Part shown: in pieces, positions 42,157 through 53,314 of the stretch
Layout: each line of letters starts with the position of its first letter
How positions within the stretch are numbered: position 1 is the first letter of the stretch
From: Acidimicrobiia bacterium
GTDB lineage: Bacteria > Actinomycetota > Acidimicrobiia > Spongiisociales > Spongiisociaceae
Assembly: GCA_965231815.1 (NCBI GenBank)
Contig: OZ246890.1
Coordinates: 2,747,351-2,811,350 of the forward strand
Direction of reading: 5' to 3'
Length of the DNA stretch: 64,000 nt
Program-made: the position numbers and the translations under genes
The notes under the pieces: generated by a model
Database searches by the model: none
What the model was told of the DNA's origin: nothing
Seen by the model: the letters and a program-made list of their open reading frames with translations, nothing else

Positions 42157-45100
42157 ATGGATACACAGGAAACAACCCGGGTCACCGAAGGCGCCGGATG
42201 GCAGTTCTGGATCGACCGGGGCGGCACATTCACCGACGTGGTGGCCCGTACGCCGTCGGGCGACATTCTCACCGGCAAGCTCCTTTCGGAGAACCCGCGC
42301 CACTACCCGGATGCCGCCATCGAGGGGATCCACCGGATCCTCGGCGAGACCGGGGTGGAGGCACCGATCGAGTCTGTGAAGATGGGCACCACCGTGGCGA
42401 CCAACGCTCTGCTGGAGCGCCAAGGGGAGCCGACCGTGCTCATCACCACGCAGGGCTTTAGGGATGCGCTGGTGATCGGGTACCAGACCCGTCCGGACCT
42501 GTTCGACCTCGACATCGCATTGCCGGAGATGCTGTACGAGTCGGTGATCGAGATTGACGAGCGGGTCGGCGCCCGTGGGGAGGTCATCGTTCCCCTGGAC
42601 GAGGCCGTGGTAGAGGCTGATCTGTCTGCTGCCCGGGACCGGGGGATCGATTCGGTAGCCATCCTGTTCATGCACGGCTACCGCCACCGCGAGCACGAGA
42701 GCCGGGTGGCCGCGATCGCCCGGCGGCTCGGATTCGGTCAGGTCTCGGTCAGCCACGAGGTGAGCCCGCTCATGAAGCTCGTGGCGCGGGGCGACACCAC
42801 GGTGGTGGACGCCTACCTCTCGCCGATCCTGCGGCGTTACATCGACCAGGTGGAACGCCAGCTGGCGTCCATCTCGGAGCAGCGCCCCCGGGTCATGTTC
42901 ATGCAGTCGAACGGGGGACTGGCCGGCGCCCATGCCTTCGCGGGCAAGGACGCCCTGCTCTCCGGACCGGCCGGAGGGGTGGTGGGAATGGTCCGGACCG
43001 GACTGGCAGCCGGCTACGACCGTCTCATCGGGTTCGACATGGGCGGAACCTCAACTGACGTGTCGCACTACGCGGGTGAACTGGAACGCACCTACGAGAC
43101 CGAAGTCGCCGGGGTGAGGGTCCGGGCGCCGATGATGCTGATCCATACGGTGGCCGCCGGGGGCGGTTCCATCCTCCACTTCGACGGCAGCCGACTCACG
43201 GTGGGGCCTGACTCAGCTGGGGCGGATCCGGGGCCGGCCTGCTACGGGAACGGTGGCCCGCCGGCTATCACCGACTGCAACGTGATGATGGGAAGACTTC
43301 AAGCCGACCTGTTTCCCAAGGTCTTCGGACCGGGTGCCGACCAGCCGCTCGATGTCGAACGGACCCGGTCCCTCTTCGGTGCCCTGAGCCACGAGATTTC
43401 CGCGGCCACCGGCGTCCTCCAGACGCCCGAGGATGTCGCCGAGGGGTTCCTGGCTATCGCAGTGGAGAACATGGCCAACGCCATCAAGAAGATCTCGGTG
43501 CAGCGGGGCTACGACGTGACCGGCTACACGTTGGCGTGCTTCGGCGGCGCCGCCGGCCAGCACGCCTGCCGGGTGGCCGACAGCCTGGGTATCGGCCGGG
43601 TGCTGAGCCATCCCTACGCCGGAGTCCTGTCCGCCTTCGGCATCGGGCTGGCCAACGTGCGGGTGGTAAGGGACCGGGCCGTGGAGGGCGAGCTCGACCA
43701 GGCTCTGCTGGACAGCCTCGAAACCGACTTCGAGGACCTGGCAGCCGACGGCACTGCCGCGATCCGGGCCCAGGGGGTCGGTCCGGAACGGACCGCCGTG
43801 GTGCGGAGAACGCGGATCAGGTACCGGGGCTCCGACACCTCGCTGGAGGTGACCGCCGGATCGGTGGACGAGGTCGTGAGGGGTTTCGAGACCGCTCACC
43901 TAGCGCGCTTCGGGTTCCTCTCCCCCGGTACGCCCCTGGAAGTCGAATCGATCCAGGTCGAGGTGGTGGGACGCAGCCACGAGGTACCGCTCGGCCAGCC
44001 TCCGGCAGCCGTAGGGGAGCCCAGCCCGATGGACATCCACCGCACCTACGTGGACGGAGAGTGGGTGCCGACGCCGTTCTTCGACCGGGCTGCGATCCCC
44101 GCCGGGTATCCGGTGAGCGGACCGGCCGTGATAGTCGAGACCACCTCCACCGCGGTCGTGGAGCCGGGCTGGCAAGCGGTGATCACAAACTCGGGTGATC
44201 TGGTGATGGAGAGGGTCGTTGCGCTGACCCGCCAAGCCTCGATCGGTACCGACGCCGACCCGGTACGCCTCGAGATCTTCAACAACATGTTCATGAACAT
44301 CGCCGAGCAGATGGGTCTGGTACTCGAGAACACCGCCGTATCCGTCAACATCAAGGAGAGGCTCGACTTCTCCTGCGCTCTCTTCGATCCCCAGGGTGAC
44401 CTGATCGCCAACGCCCCCCACATGCCGGTGCATCTCGGATCGATGAGCGAGTCGATCAAGTCGATCATCGGCGACCGCGGCGGTCCCGAGGGAATGGCCC
44501 CCGGCGACGTGTACGTCATGAACGCCCCCTACAACGGGGGCACCCACCTGCCGGATATCACGGTCATCAAACCGGTCTTCGACGAATCGGAGAGATCGGT
44601 CATCTTCTACGTGGCCTCCCGCGGACACCACGCCGACATCGGTGGACGCACGCCCGGTTCGGCACCCGCCGACAGCACCACCGTCGAGGAGGAGGGCATC
44701 CTCATCGACAACTTCACCCTCGTATCGGGGGGACGGTTTCGTGAACAGCAACTGCGGGAACTGCTAGCCGGCGGCCTCTACCCGGCCCGGAGTCCCGAGC
44801 AGAACAACGCCGACCTGAAGGCCCAGGTGGCGGCGTGCGAGAAGGGAACCACCGAGTTGCGGGCCGTGATCGACCACTACGGTCTCGACGTGGTCCACGC
44901 CTACATGGTCCATGTGCAGAACAACGCCGAGGAGTCGGTTCGCCGGGTGCGCTGGACGCCCTCACCGACTCGTCCTTCGTAGGGCACATGGACGACGGGA
45001 GCCGCATCGTGGTGAGGATCACCGTGGACCGGGAGAACCGTTCCGCAGTCGTGGACTTCACGGGCACGAGCGGGATCCATCCGGGCAACTACAACGCTCC

Positions 45101-45794
45101 TCGAGCGGTGGCCCACGCCGCGGTGCTCTACGTGTTCCGCTGCCTCGTGGACGCGGACATCCCACTCAACGAGGGATGCCTCAAGCCGGTGACCATCGTG
45201 CTACCGGAGAACTCCATGATCAACCCGGAGTACCCGGCCGCGGTGATCGCCGGCAACGTCGAGACCAGCCAGCAGATCGTCGACACGTTGTTCGGAGCGC
45301 TAGGGGTGGTGGCGGGATCGCAGGGCACGATGAACAACTTCATCTGGGGCAACGACCGCTACCAGTACTACGAGACAATCTGCGGCGGGGCGGGAGCGAC
45401 CCCGCGCCGAGACGGCCGCCGCGCGGTGCACACCCACATGACCAACTCTCGCCTGACCGATCCCGAGGTCTTGGAGTGGCGCTTCCCGGTCCGGTTGGAC
45501 AGCTTCGAGGTACGGGTAGGGTCAGGAGGCCGGGGCAGGTACTCGGGTGGCGACGGCGCCGTCCGCCGGGTCCGGTTCGGGGAGGAGATGACCGTCAACA
45601 TCCTGTCATCCCGGCGGGTGATCGCGCCCTTCGGCGTCGATGGAGGCGAACCCGGCGCGGTGGGCCGCAACCGGATATTCCGCTCCGACGGCCGGGTGGA
45701 GGAGATGGCCGGCAACTCGCAGGCCGAAGTAGGACCGGGGGATGTGTTCGAGATCGCCACCCCGGGCGGGGGAGGCTACGGACCGCCCGGTTAA
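42157..45794 (+). pseudogene. Fused hydantoinase A/B (5-oxoprolinase-like) gene with a +2 frameshift near 44950
   Basis: WQFWIDRGGTFTD, DMGGTSTD, IKERLDFSC, SQGTMNN, TPGGGGYG; deleting 2 nt from GCGC at 44949-44952 restores RRVLDAL and 1211 aa; may be a sequencing error. Confidence 0.85.
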
Positions 45795-45990
45795 CGCTTC
45801 CGCTGAAGCGCTCGATGTCGCCGACGAAGGGCCCGCAGCCGTGGCCGCAGTTGCCGACCAACTCGGTGGTCACCCCCTGGTAGATCTGGCTCTGGGCCCT
45901 GGGTCGACGAGCAGCGTGAAGTCCGAGTGGCTGTGGATGTCGACGAAGCCGGGGGCGACCACCATTTCGGCGACGTCGAGCGTGAGCGAC
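45791..45990 (-). pseudogene. N-terminal fragment of an N-acyl-D-amino-acid deacylase
   Basis: VVAPGFVDIHSHSD and QGVTTELVGNCG split across frames. Confidence 0.75.
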
Positions 45991-45993
45991 GCC

Positions 45994-46974
45994 TCACCAC
46001 GCATCGTCGTAGAAGTTGCGAGGCCACGAGTGGTCCCGCAACTTCTCGAGCACCTCGGACACCAACAGCCGCCCGTCTGAGACGGCGCAATTCTGGCCCA
46101 CATGAGCCGGCGAGCGCATCCCCGGGATAACGGTGGACACCGCGTCCTCGCTGAGGCAGAAGCGCAGTGCGCCTTCGGCGAGGCTCGAGGCGTGCTCGGC
46201 GAGGGTCTCCGCTACTGCTCCGGCCCGGGCTACGGTCTCGGCCAGGCGGCCGCCTTTGAAGTAGCCGCGGCGCCAGTCACCGGCCGCAAACACGGTGTCG
46301 GAGCGGAGGGCACCGGTGAGGCCGCCCTCGTCGAATGGAGAACGGGCGATCACGCCGATGTCGAGTTCCTCGCATCGGGGCAGCAGGCGTTCGTGTGCCG
46401 ACTGGTCGAAGAGGTTGTAGATCACCTGCACGGTGTCCACCAGTCCCGATTCCAACAGGCGCAGCACCGAATCGGGCTCATGATCGTTGGTGGACACCCC
46501 GAAGAACCGGATCTTGCCCTCATTCTTGAGCGCCGACACCGCGTCCGCCCACTGGCCCTGGTCGGTCCAGGAGTCGGCCCAGAAGTGGAATTGCTGGAGA
46601 TCGATGTGGTCGGTGCCGAGACGGCGCAGGCTCTCCTCGGTGCACGATCGAATCCACCCCGGTGAATAGCAGTCCTCCACCGCCATGTCGTCGGTAGCGG
46701 GCCAGACACGTGTCTCGAGCGGGATCTTGGTGGCGACGATGGGTGTGACATCCGGTCGGCTTACGAGGACCTCGCCTATCAGCTCCTCCGACCGGCCTTC
46801 GCCGTATCCGTACGCCGTGTCGATGAAGTTGACGCCCAGGTCCAGAGCGTGATGGAGGGCTTGCTTGGACCGCTCGTCGTCTCGCTCGCCCCAAGCCAGC
46901 CCGCCGATGCCCCACGTCCCGATGCCGACTTCCGACACTTCCAGCCCGGTACGCCCGAGCTTTCGGTAGCGCAT
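45994..46974 (-). CDS. Aldo/keto reductase
   Basis: YRKLGRTGLEVS, FIDTAYGYG, SLRRLGTDHIDL, VIPGMR. Confidence 0.95.
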   Translation of the reverse strand: MRYRKLGRTGLEVSEVGIGTWGIGGLAWGERDDERSKQALHHALDLGVNFIDTAYGYGEGRSEELIGEVLVSRPDVTPIVATKIPLETRVWPATDDMAVEDCYSPGWIRSCTEESLRRLGTDHIDLQQFHFWADSWTDQGQWADAVSALKNEGKIRFFGVSTNDHEPDSVLRLLESGLVDTVQVIYNLFDQSAHERLLPRCEELDIGVIARSPFDEGGLTGALRSDTVFAAGDWRRGYFKGGRLAETVARAGAVAETLAEHASSLAEGALRFCLSEDAVSTVIPGMRSPAHVGQNCAVSDGRLLVSEVLEKLRDHSWPRNFYDDAW

Positions 46975-46975
46975 C

Positions 46976-47680
46976 TCAACCTTCCGGGGGGAGCGGATTC
47001 CACTCTTCGTAGGTCATCCCGACGGCTTGTCGAGGCTCCTTGGTGCGGACGTGGTTGTAGATGTACAGGTACGGCCGGTAGACATGGAGCAGGGAGCGAA
47101 GCTCGCCGACGGCGTCGGACGCGTGGAAGTCGATGCGCAGATCGATGTCGGGAAACGTATCCGTCTCGGCCACCACCAGCGTGGCCGAGCGCTCGTAGAG
47201 GTCCCCGCCCTGGCCTCCGGCATCGCGACCGGCCTCCAGGCCGGCCACCAAGCGGTCCTCCACAGGATTCCCCGCCGCCGACTCGAACGCATCGGCCATC
47301 GCTTCGACCACCCCTTCGCCCTCGAGGGAGTTCCCCGTGGCGATGTAGCCGTCGCCGATGACGTGGCCGGACCAGTGGCCTGTCCTGTCCCCGGTGTGCG
47401 CAGCGGCGACCCCGTCCGGGGTCAGCACTGCGGTCTGGCGAAAGGCGTAGTCGGGATCAACGTCGGCCAACCCGGTGACGACTTCCGCAGGAGAGAGGCC
47501 GCGCTCCAGCATGTCGGTTGCCACGGGGAGCAGCCTGGGGTCGGCATACGCCTGGCTGGCGATCGCGCCGATGCCAGACCGGACCACCTGGCAGTACCCG
47601 CCGGCGGCGATCGAGTGGGTGGCGATGCCGATGCCGACGCGGCCCGTCGCAGAGTCACATCCGAGGATCGTATAGGTCAT
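46976..47680 (-). CDS. DUF1028 (Ntn-hydrolase-like) protein
   Basis: MTYTILG start, GAIASQA, AHTG, GN, AGRDAGG, RSA, DLRID. Confidence 0.88.
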   Translation of the reverse strand: MTYTILGCDSATGRVGIGIATHSIAAGGYCQVVRSGIGAIASQAYADPRLLPVATDMLERGLSPAEVVTGLADVDPDYAFRQTAVLTPDGVAAAHTGDRTGHWSGHVIGDGYIATGNSLEGEGVVEAMADAFESAAGNPVEDRLVAGLEAGRDAGGQGGDLYERSATLVVAETDTFPDIDLRIDFHASDAVGELRSLLHVYRPYLYIYNHVRTKEPRQAVGMTYEEWNPLPPEG

Positions 47681-47892
47681 CTCGCCGTTCCGCCTTTGCT
47701 GGTCATTGCTGGTCCGGGCCGAGCCAGCCGAACTCGGAGACCGTTGACCAGGCGGTGGCATTGCGACCCGTCCATTTCGAGCTTACGGCTCATCTCGGTG
47801 ATGCCGAGCCCGGTGGGGTGATCCACGCGAAGCTCGAGTGCGCGCAGAGAGTTGACTCCGCTCAACTGTCGCGTTCTCTTTGGTTCCGTCAT
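47677..47892 (-). pseudogene. IclR HTH-only fragment
   Basis: RALEL..LGITEMSRKLEMDGSQCHRLV with no effector domain. Confidence 0.6.
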
Positions 47893-47981
47893 GTGGTCGC
47901 GCCGCGTGTAAACCGTTACCTTACCGGTCGCCCTGTTGACTGGGCAAAGAGTTTTGACTCTACTCATTCGGGGTGCGATTC

Positions 47982-48469
47982 ATGGATGCTGAACTGGCTG
48001 GCTGGCTGGCAGTTCTGGATCGATCGCGGCGGCACGTTCACCGACATCGTGGCGCGCACGCCGGCAGGTAGCGTGCTCACGCACAAGCTGCTCTCTGACA
48101 ACCCCAGGCACTACGACGACCCCGCCATAGAGGGCATCCGACGGCTGATCTCCACCGATCCCGACGCCGGCTCCGTCGAGGCGGTGCGTATGGGCACCAC
48201 GGTCGCCACGAACGCGCTGCTCGAGAGAGCAGGCGAGCGCACGTTGTTCGTACGTCAGGATCTCATCTACGGCCAGATCAAGGTGATCGGCAGCATCAGT
48301 GAGTCCAGCTTCGGTGAGGTGGCCGACGACACGGTGGTGCTGGGCCCACACCTGATCCGGGTCGGGTTGGGCGAATACTGGGTCTCGGACCAGGAGCGGC
48401 TAAAGACGCTCGCCCGGTTGTGCGCAGACGGCTACAGCAAGCAGGTCATGATTGCGCACGACCACTGTC
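47982..48469 (+). pseudogene. In-frame chimera: hydantoinase/oxoprolinase N-terminus plus phosphotriesterase-like fragment, cut by IS3
   Basis: WQFWIDRGGTFTD...MGTTVATNALLER, then SDQERLKTLARLCADGYSKQVMIAHDHC. Confidence 0.8.
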
Positions 48470-48554
48470 TGGGGTTCCCCCCGCTGGCCGGACATTCCCA
48501 CAGTGAGCGCGTTTGGTCTCCGACAATGGGACTGCGCTCTGGGAAGGAGTCCTG

Positions 48555-48851
48555 TTGGGAGGGAAACGACCGAGAAGAAGGTTCTCGGATGAGTTCAAAC
48601 GAGACGCGGTAGAGATCGTCCGCACCTCAGGCAAGCCGATCCGCCAGGTCGCCAACGAGTTGGGGATCTATGACTCCACGCTGGGAAACTGGGTACGCCA
48701 GGACGAGCTCAACCGGGGTGAGCGGGAAGGTCTCAACTCCGATGAGCGGGAACGGCTCCGGGAACTCGAGCGGGAGAACGCTCGGCTGCGGATGGAGCGT
48801 GAGCTCTTAAAACGAGCTGTGGCCTTCTGGGTAAGGGAGTCGAACGAGTGA
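48555..48851 (+). CDS. IS3 transposase OrfA
   Basis: RRFSDEFKRDAV HTH, leucine zipper, LKRAVAFW; AAGGAG RBS and TTG start. Confidence 0.93.
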   Translation: MGGKRPRRRFSDEFKRDAVEIVRTSGKPIRQVANELGIYDSTLGNWVRQDELNRGEREGLNSDERERLRELERENARLRMERELLKRAVAFWVRESNE

Positions 48852-49729
48852 CGCTGTATCGCTTTGTCGATGCTCAGAGGGCCGAAGGTTTCCCGGTGAG
48901 GCTCATCTGTTCGGTGGTCGGGGTATCTGCGTCTGCCTACCACGCGTATCGGAAGCGGCCCCAGTCGGGGCCGGCGCAGCTGGCCGAGGCCGCCCTGGTG
49001 GCTGAGATCCGGGGGATCTGGGCAGAGTCGGGCGGGACCTATGGTTCGCCCAGAGTGTGCGCTGAGCTGCGTAGGCGGGGCCGGGTTGTGAACCACAAAC
49101 GGGTGGAACGGTTGATGAAACGCCACGGTATGGCCGGTTTCGTATCCCGCAAACGGCGTGTCACCACCACGTCGGGCACTGCACATCGGCGCCCTGACCT
49201 GCTCAGAGGCGACTTCGCCGCTTCGGCGCCGGACGTCGCTTGGGTCGGCGACATCAGCTACATCAGAACCCGCCAAGGGTTCCTCTACCTAGCCTTCGTC
49301 GTGGACCTGGCATCCCGCCGCGTGGTCGGTATCTCCATGGCACCACACCTCAAATCATCACTCGCCACCGACGCTCTGCGCGAAGCGATCGCAACCCGGG
49401 GCGGCCAGGTACGAGGGGTAGTGTTCCACACCGACCGCGGCAGCCAGTACACCTCTGACGCTACAGCTCAACTGTGCCGGGCGTATGACATCCGCCAATC
49501 CGTGGGCCGGACCGGGGTGTGTTGGGACAACGCCGCCGCCGAGTCGTTCCTCGGCACCCTCAAGAAAGAACTCGTCAACCGGGCCGACTACCAGAACCGG
49601 TACCAGGCCCGCCTATCAATCCGATACTGGATCGAAGCCTGGTACAACCCCCGCTGGCTTCACTCCATGATCGGACAGCAGCCACCAAACGAATGGGAGG
49701 ACAACTACTACCATCACACGGCCGCATAA
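48848..49729 (+). CDS. IS3 transposase OrfB (DDE)
   Basis: YGSPR, WVGDISY, HTDRGSQY, WDNAAAESF; GTGA overlap with orfA. Confidence 0.95.
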   Translation: MTLYRFVDAQRAEGFPVRLICSVVGVSASAYHAYRKRPQSGPAQLAEAALVAEIRGIWAESGGTYGSPRVCAELRRRGRVVNHKRVERLMKRHGMAGFVSRKRRVTTTSGTAHRRPDLLRGDFAASAPDVAWVGDISYIRTRQGFLYLAFVVDLASRRVVGISMAPHLKSSLATDALREAIATRGGQVRGVVFHTDRGSQYTSDATAQLCRAYDIRQSVGRTGVCWDNAAAESFLGTLKKELVNRADYQNRYQARLSIRYWIEAWYNPRWLHSMIGQQPPNEWEDNYYHHTAA

Positions 49730-49889
49730 ACCGAGTGTCCAGCTCACGGGGGGAACTCCAAGCACAGCACGGTCCAAGACCTATGATGACAAGCCGGTAC
49801 AGATGCTGGTCGGATCGCCGGTGGGACACCCTGGGCGAGCCGGACATGTGCTGGCGGCGGACCGGTCACTTGAGAATAAAGGAACGAGT

Positions 49890-52177
49890 ATGGCAACACA
49901 GCGCTTCTCCCACACACAGTACCCAATCAACGCGTTGGTTGAGAACATCGACAGTGGGGAGTTGAGCTTGCCGGATCTTCAGCGCCCATTCGTGTGGAAA
50001 CGGTCACGTGTGCGAGACCTCTTTGACTCGCTTTACCACGGGTACCCGGCCGGGTACTTCCTGTTCTGGTCCACACCGGCACCTGTCGACAGCCACACAA
50101 GGTCGGAACTTCCCCGGGAGTCTTGAAGGGCCTGAAAATGATTGTCGATGGTCAGCAACGGCTAACAAGCCTGTGGGCGGTGATGAAGGGACAACCTGTC
50201 GTCACCGACAAGAACGAACTGCAGCTGATCCGTATCTCGTTCAATCCTCTGAGCGAGGAGTTCGCCGTCGCTGACGCGGCCCGCGAGAACGACCCGGAGT
50301 GGCTGACCAGCATCACCGAGATCTGGACAAGCCCAGACAGCAAGTGGGCTTTCACGAACAGGTTCATCGCGCAGCTCGCTGCAGCTCGTGAGCTTTTAGC
50401 AGAGGAACAAGACCAGATCGGCGCAAACCTTGGCAAGCTTGCGGGGCTGAAGGACTATCAGTTCTCGGCGGTGGAACTTTCTTCTGCCCTTGACATTGCC
50501 GAGGTTGCAGAAGTCTTCGTCCGGATCAATTCGAAGAACACCCCCTTGAACAGTGCGGACTTCATCCTCACCTTGATGTCGGTCCACAGGAAGGAAGCCC
50601 GCCATCAACTGGAGGACTTCGCACGTAGCGCCAAGTCGCCTTCGACAACCGGACCGTCGCCCTACAACCACTTCCTAACGCCGTCCCCTGACCAGCTTCT
50701 TCGAGTGGCGGTTGGGTTCGGTCTCAGACGCGGGGTCCTCCAAAACGCATACCAAGCGCTACGCGGCCAAGACCCCCAGACGAAGATCGTTACCGAGAAG
50801 ACCCGCAACGAGAACTTCGCCCGGCTCCTAGCCGCTCAGGAGCATGTACTCAATCTCACCAACTGGCACAGCTACATAGTTGCTGTCAAACGCGCGGGAT
50901 ACCGCAGCAGCGAAATGCTCACATCTGCCAACAACTTCCTCTACTGCTACATCGTTTTCCTGATCGGCCGCCACGAGTACGGGGTAGGCCAGAGCGAGCT
51001 GCGCGAAGCGGTCGCCCGCTGGTTCTTCATGGCTTCGCTCACGGGTCGGTACACCGGGAGCCCCGAAACCATCCTCGAAGCCGACCTCCGTCGATTCTCC
51101 GAGGCCCACTCGGCCGATGATTTCATCGGGATCATCGACCATGTCATCGATACCCAACTCACTTCGGACTTCTGGTCAGTGACACTGCCAGACCGCCTCG
51201 AATCGTCCTCTGCTTGGAGTCCGAACCTCTTCGGCTACTACGCCAGCCTCAACCTGCTCGACGCTAAGGCCCTGTTCTCGAACATGAAAATCAACGACCT
51301 CTTCGACCCTGGCCTCAAACAAGTCAAAAGCCCAGTCGAGCGGCACCACCTGTACCCGAAGGCCTACCTGTCCTCCATCGGAGTGACCGGCACCACCCGC
51401 ACGAACCAGATCGCGAACTTTGCGTTTGTTGAATGGGCGACCAACATCGCTATCTCTGGCAAGAAGCCCTCAGAGTACTTCCCTGAGTACTTCGAGAAGG
51501 TGCCTCCCACCGACCAGGAGCGAGCCGCGTTCTGGCATGCGCTACCCCCCGAGTGGGAACACATGGACTACTTCGAGTTTCTTCGAGAGCGGCGCAAGCT
51601 TCTAGCCGACGTGGTCAAGGCCGGCTTCGAGCACCTCCGCTCCGGAGGTGTACACGAAGCAAAGGCGAGCCATCACATAGGGCTCCCAACAGTTTCGGAC
51701 CTGCTCCGATCTATGGAGACTCAACGTGTCGAGTTCAAGAAATCCGCCCGCGTCGCTCTCGACAACAACGCCCCAGAGAGAGTGATCAACGAAGGCGTGG
51801 TCAAAACCGTCGCTGCGTTCTTGAACGCCAACGGCGGAACCCTCGGGATCGGCATCACCGACGACGGCGACATCCTCGGGCTGCAACCCGACCTCGACTA
51901 CAAGAAACAGGACCTCGACGGCTACCAGAACTGGCTAACCACACTGCTGATAAACAACATCGGTGCCGGAGTAGTAGGCGCCCATGTGAGCCTACGCATC
52001 GAGCCGGTCGGCTCCGAGGCGGTCTGCCTAGTAGACGTGACCCCATCCCCGGCACCCGTATACGCGAAAACCACCAAAGCCAACACCTGCTTCTACGTAC
52101 GAATCAACAACACCACCCGCATGCTCGAAGGACCACAAATCCTCACCTACATTGACGGCCACTGGAAAACACCCTAA
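49890..52177 (+). CDS. GmrSD-like (DUF262 + HNH) protein fused to a C-terminal Schlafen/AlbA_2 domain; +2 frameshift near 50095
   Basis: LPDLQRPFVW, VDGQQRLT, FVRINS; ERHHLYPK..NQIANF..N; VEFKKS..KTVAAFLNANGGTLGIGITDDG; deleting CA from CACACA at 50094-50099 gives 761 aa. Confidence 0.85.
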
Positions 52178-52192
52178 CCATGTGTCTCGAGG

Positions 52193-53017
52193 ATGTGCAT
52201 GCGGGCTGACCACGACGCCGGGCGGATGTTTCCCTGTACGACCTGCCGGAAGCCGCGGTCAGGTCACACCCGTGCCGACTGGCTGGCGTGCAGGGTCTGG
52301 GAGAGCATGCACTGCATGGTCTGTCGTCGTTCGCACTCCGATCACACCCCTGCCGAGCGGGATCGGTGCGATGCCAGTTGCTTCACCTGCAAGCAGCCTT
52401 CCGACTGGCACACTACCGATCAGACGGCCGAGTGTGCCCGTTTGCGCGAGGAACGCCAGCAGCGCCGGCCAAAGTTGCCGTACTGCGGGGTCTGCCTACT
52501 TGAGTGGGATCACCCCGCGGCGTTCCGCCACGTTGAGTGCATCCGTCGGGCCGAGCTACCGATCGACGTCTGCCACATCTGCGCTCGGCCGATGGAGGAC
52601 CACATCCCAGCCGAGGTGGAGGTTTGTGCATCAGTACCCTTCGATATCTGCCCGGTCTGTGATCGGCCGATGGAGGCGCATACGCCGTCTCAGGTGGAGA
52701 CTTGCGCGGCTGCGTTCGGTGCAACAATGGCAGGCCGACCGTTCCGGGCGTGGCTGCTGCGCTTCCCGCTGAACCCGCGGCTGTGGGCAACGGTCGCCCT
52801 GCTGCTATGCCTCACCGGATGGAGAGCGGGGGCGGGTCTGTGGGCACTGGGCGGGTTCTTGCTGGTTTGTGGGCTGGTCCACACCGTCCTATGGAACACG
52901 GTTAAGAGGCTGCCCGCGGTGGCAGCCCTGCTGGTGGTTGGGCTGCTGGTCGCGGCCGTGGTCTGGGCGGGGCCGTGGCTGGCTACGTGGTGGCCGATCG
53001 GGGTCGCCATCGACTAA
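52193..53017 (+). CDS. Hypothetical protein with six CxxC..H..C repeats and C-terminal TM helices
   Basis: Five exact C-x2-C-x6-H-x7-C units plus one variant, then about three hydrophobic segments. Confidence 0.7.
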   Translation: MCMRADHDAGRMFPCTTCRKPRSGHTRADWLACRVWESMHCMVCRRSHSDHTPAERDRCDASCFTCKQPSDWHTTDQTAECARLREERQQRRPKLPYCGVCLLEWDHPAAFRHVECIRRAELPIDVCHICARPMEDHIPAEVEVCASVPFDICPVCDRPMEAHTPSQVETCAAAFGATMAGRPFRAWLLRFPLNPRLWATVALLLCLTGWRAGAGLWALGGFLLVCGLVHTVLWNTVKRLPAVAALLVVGLLVAAVVWAGPWLATWWPIGVAID

Positions 53018-53166
53018 CCCACGAGAGACCCGCCAGTCTGAGTAACCGCTAAGCGGACTTTATGCTCTCCTGAGTCCCGCGGAGACTGCATCCTGTGGCC
53101 CGCGAGATCTTCGACGTCGCTGAGTAGCCTCAGTAAGGCAGTGGCGGAGTTGGAGGTATCGGGCGA

Positions 53167-53258
53167 ATACCTGCAATACCCGACCTGCCCGAAACCCCCC
53201 GACCAGGTGTTACGTGAAACGCCCGGACGCGTGAAACCTGCGGGATACCTGCAATACC
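53167..53258. repeat. Short direct repeats upstream of the recombinase
   Basis: ATACCTGCAATACC at 53167-53180 and 53245-53258; CGTGAAAC at 53213-53220 and 53230-53237. Confidence 0.6.
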
Positions 53259-53314
53259 TCACCGAACCGGCCATTTACCCGGCGATGTCACTACCGGTGG
53301 GCATACTCGGGGGC

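Larger units (their letters stand above)
48470..49760 (+). mobile_element. IS3 family insertion sequence, 1,291 bp
   Basis: IRL TGGGGTTCCCCCCG..GGACA, IRR reverse complement TGGAGTTCCCCCCG..GGACA; orfA and orfB inside. Confidence 0.95.

Noticed and set aside
48830-48860. Programmed -1 frameshift signal in IS3
   Set aside because: No A6G-type slippery run is seen at the junction, and the GTGA overlap suggests translational coupling.
52193-52720. Multiheme cytochrome c
   Set aside because: His is not adjacent to CxxC (no CxxCH) and there is no N-terminal signal peptide.
53042-53066. dif/Xer-like site (CGCTAAGCGGACTTTATG)
   Set aside because: The TAA-to-TTA spacing is 7 rather than 6 and the arms match poorly, so it is too weak to call.
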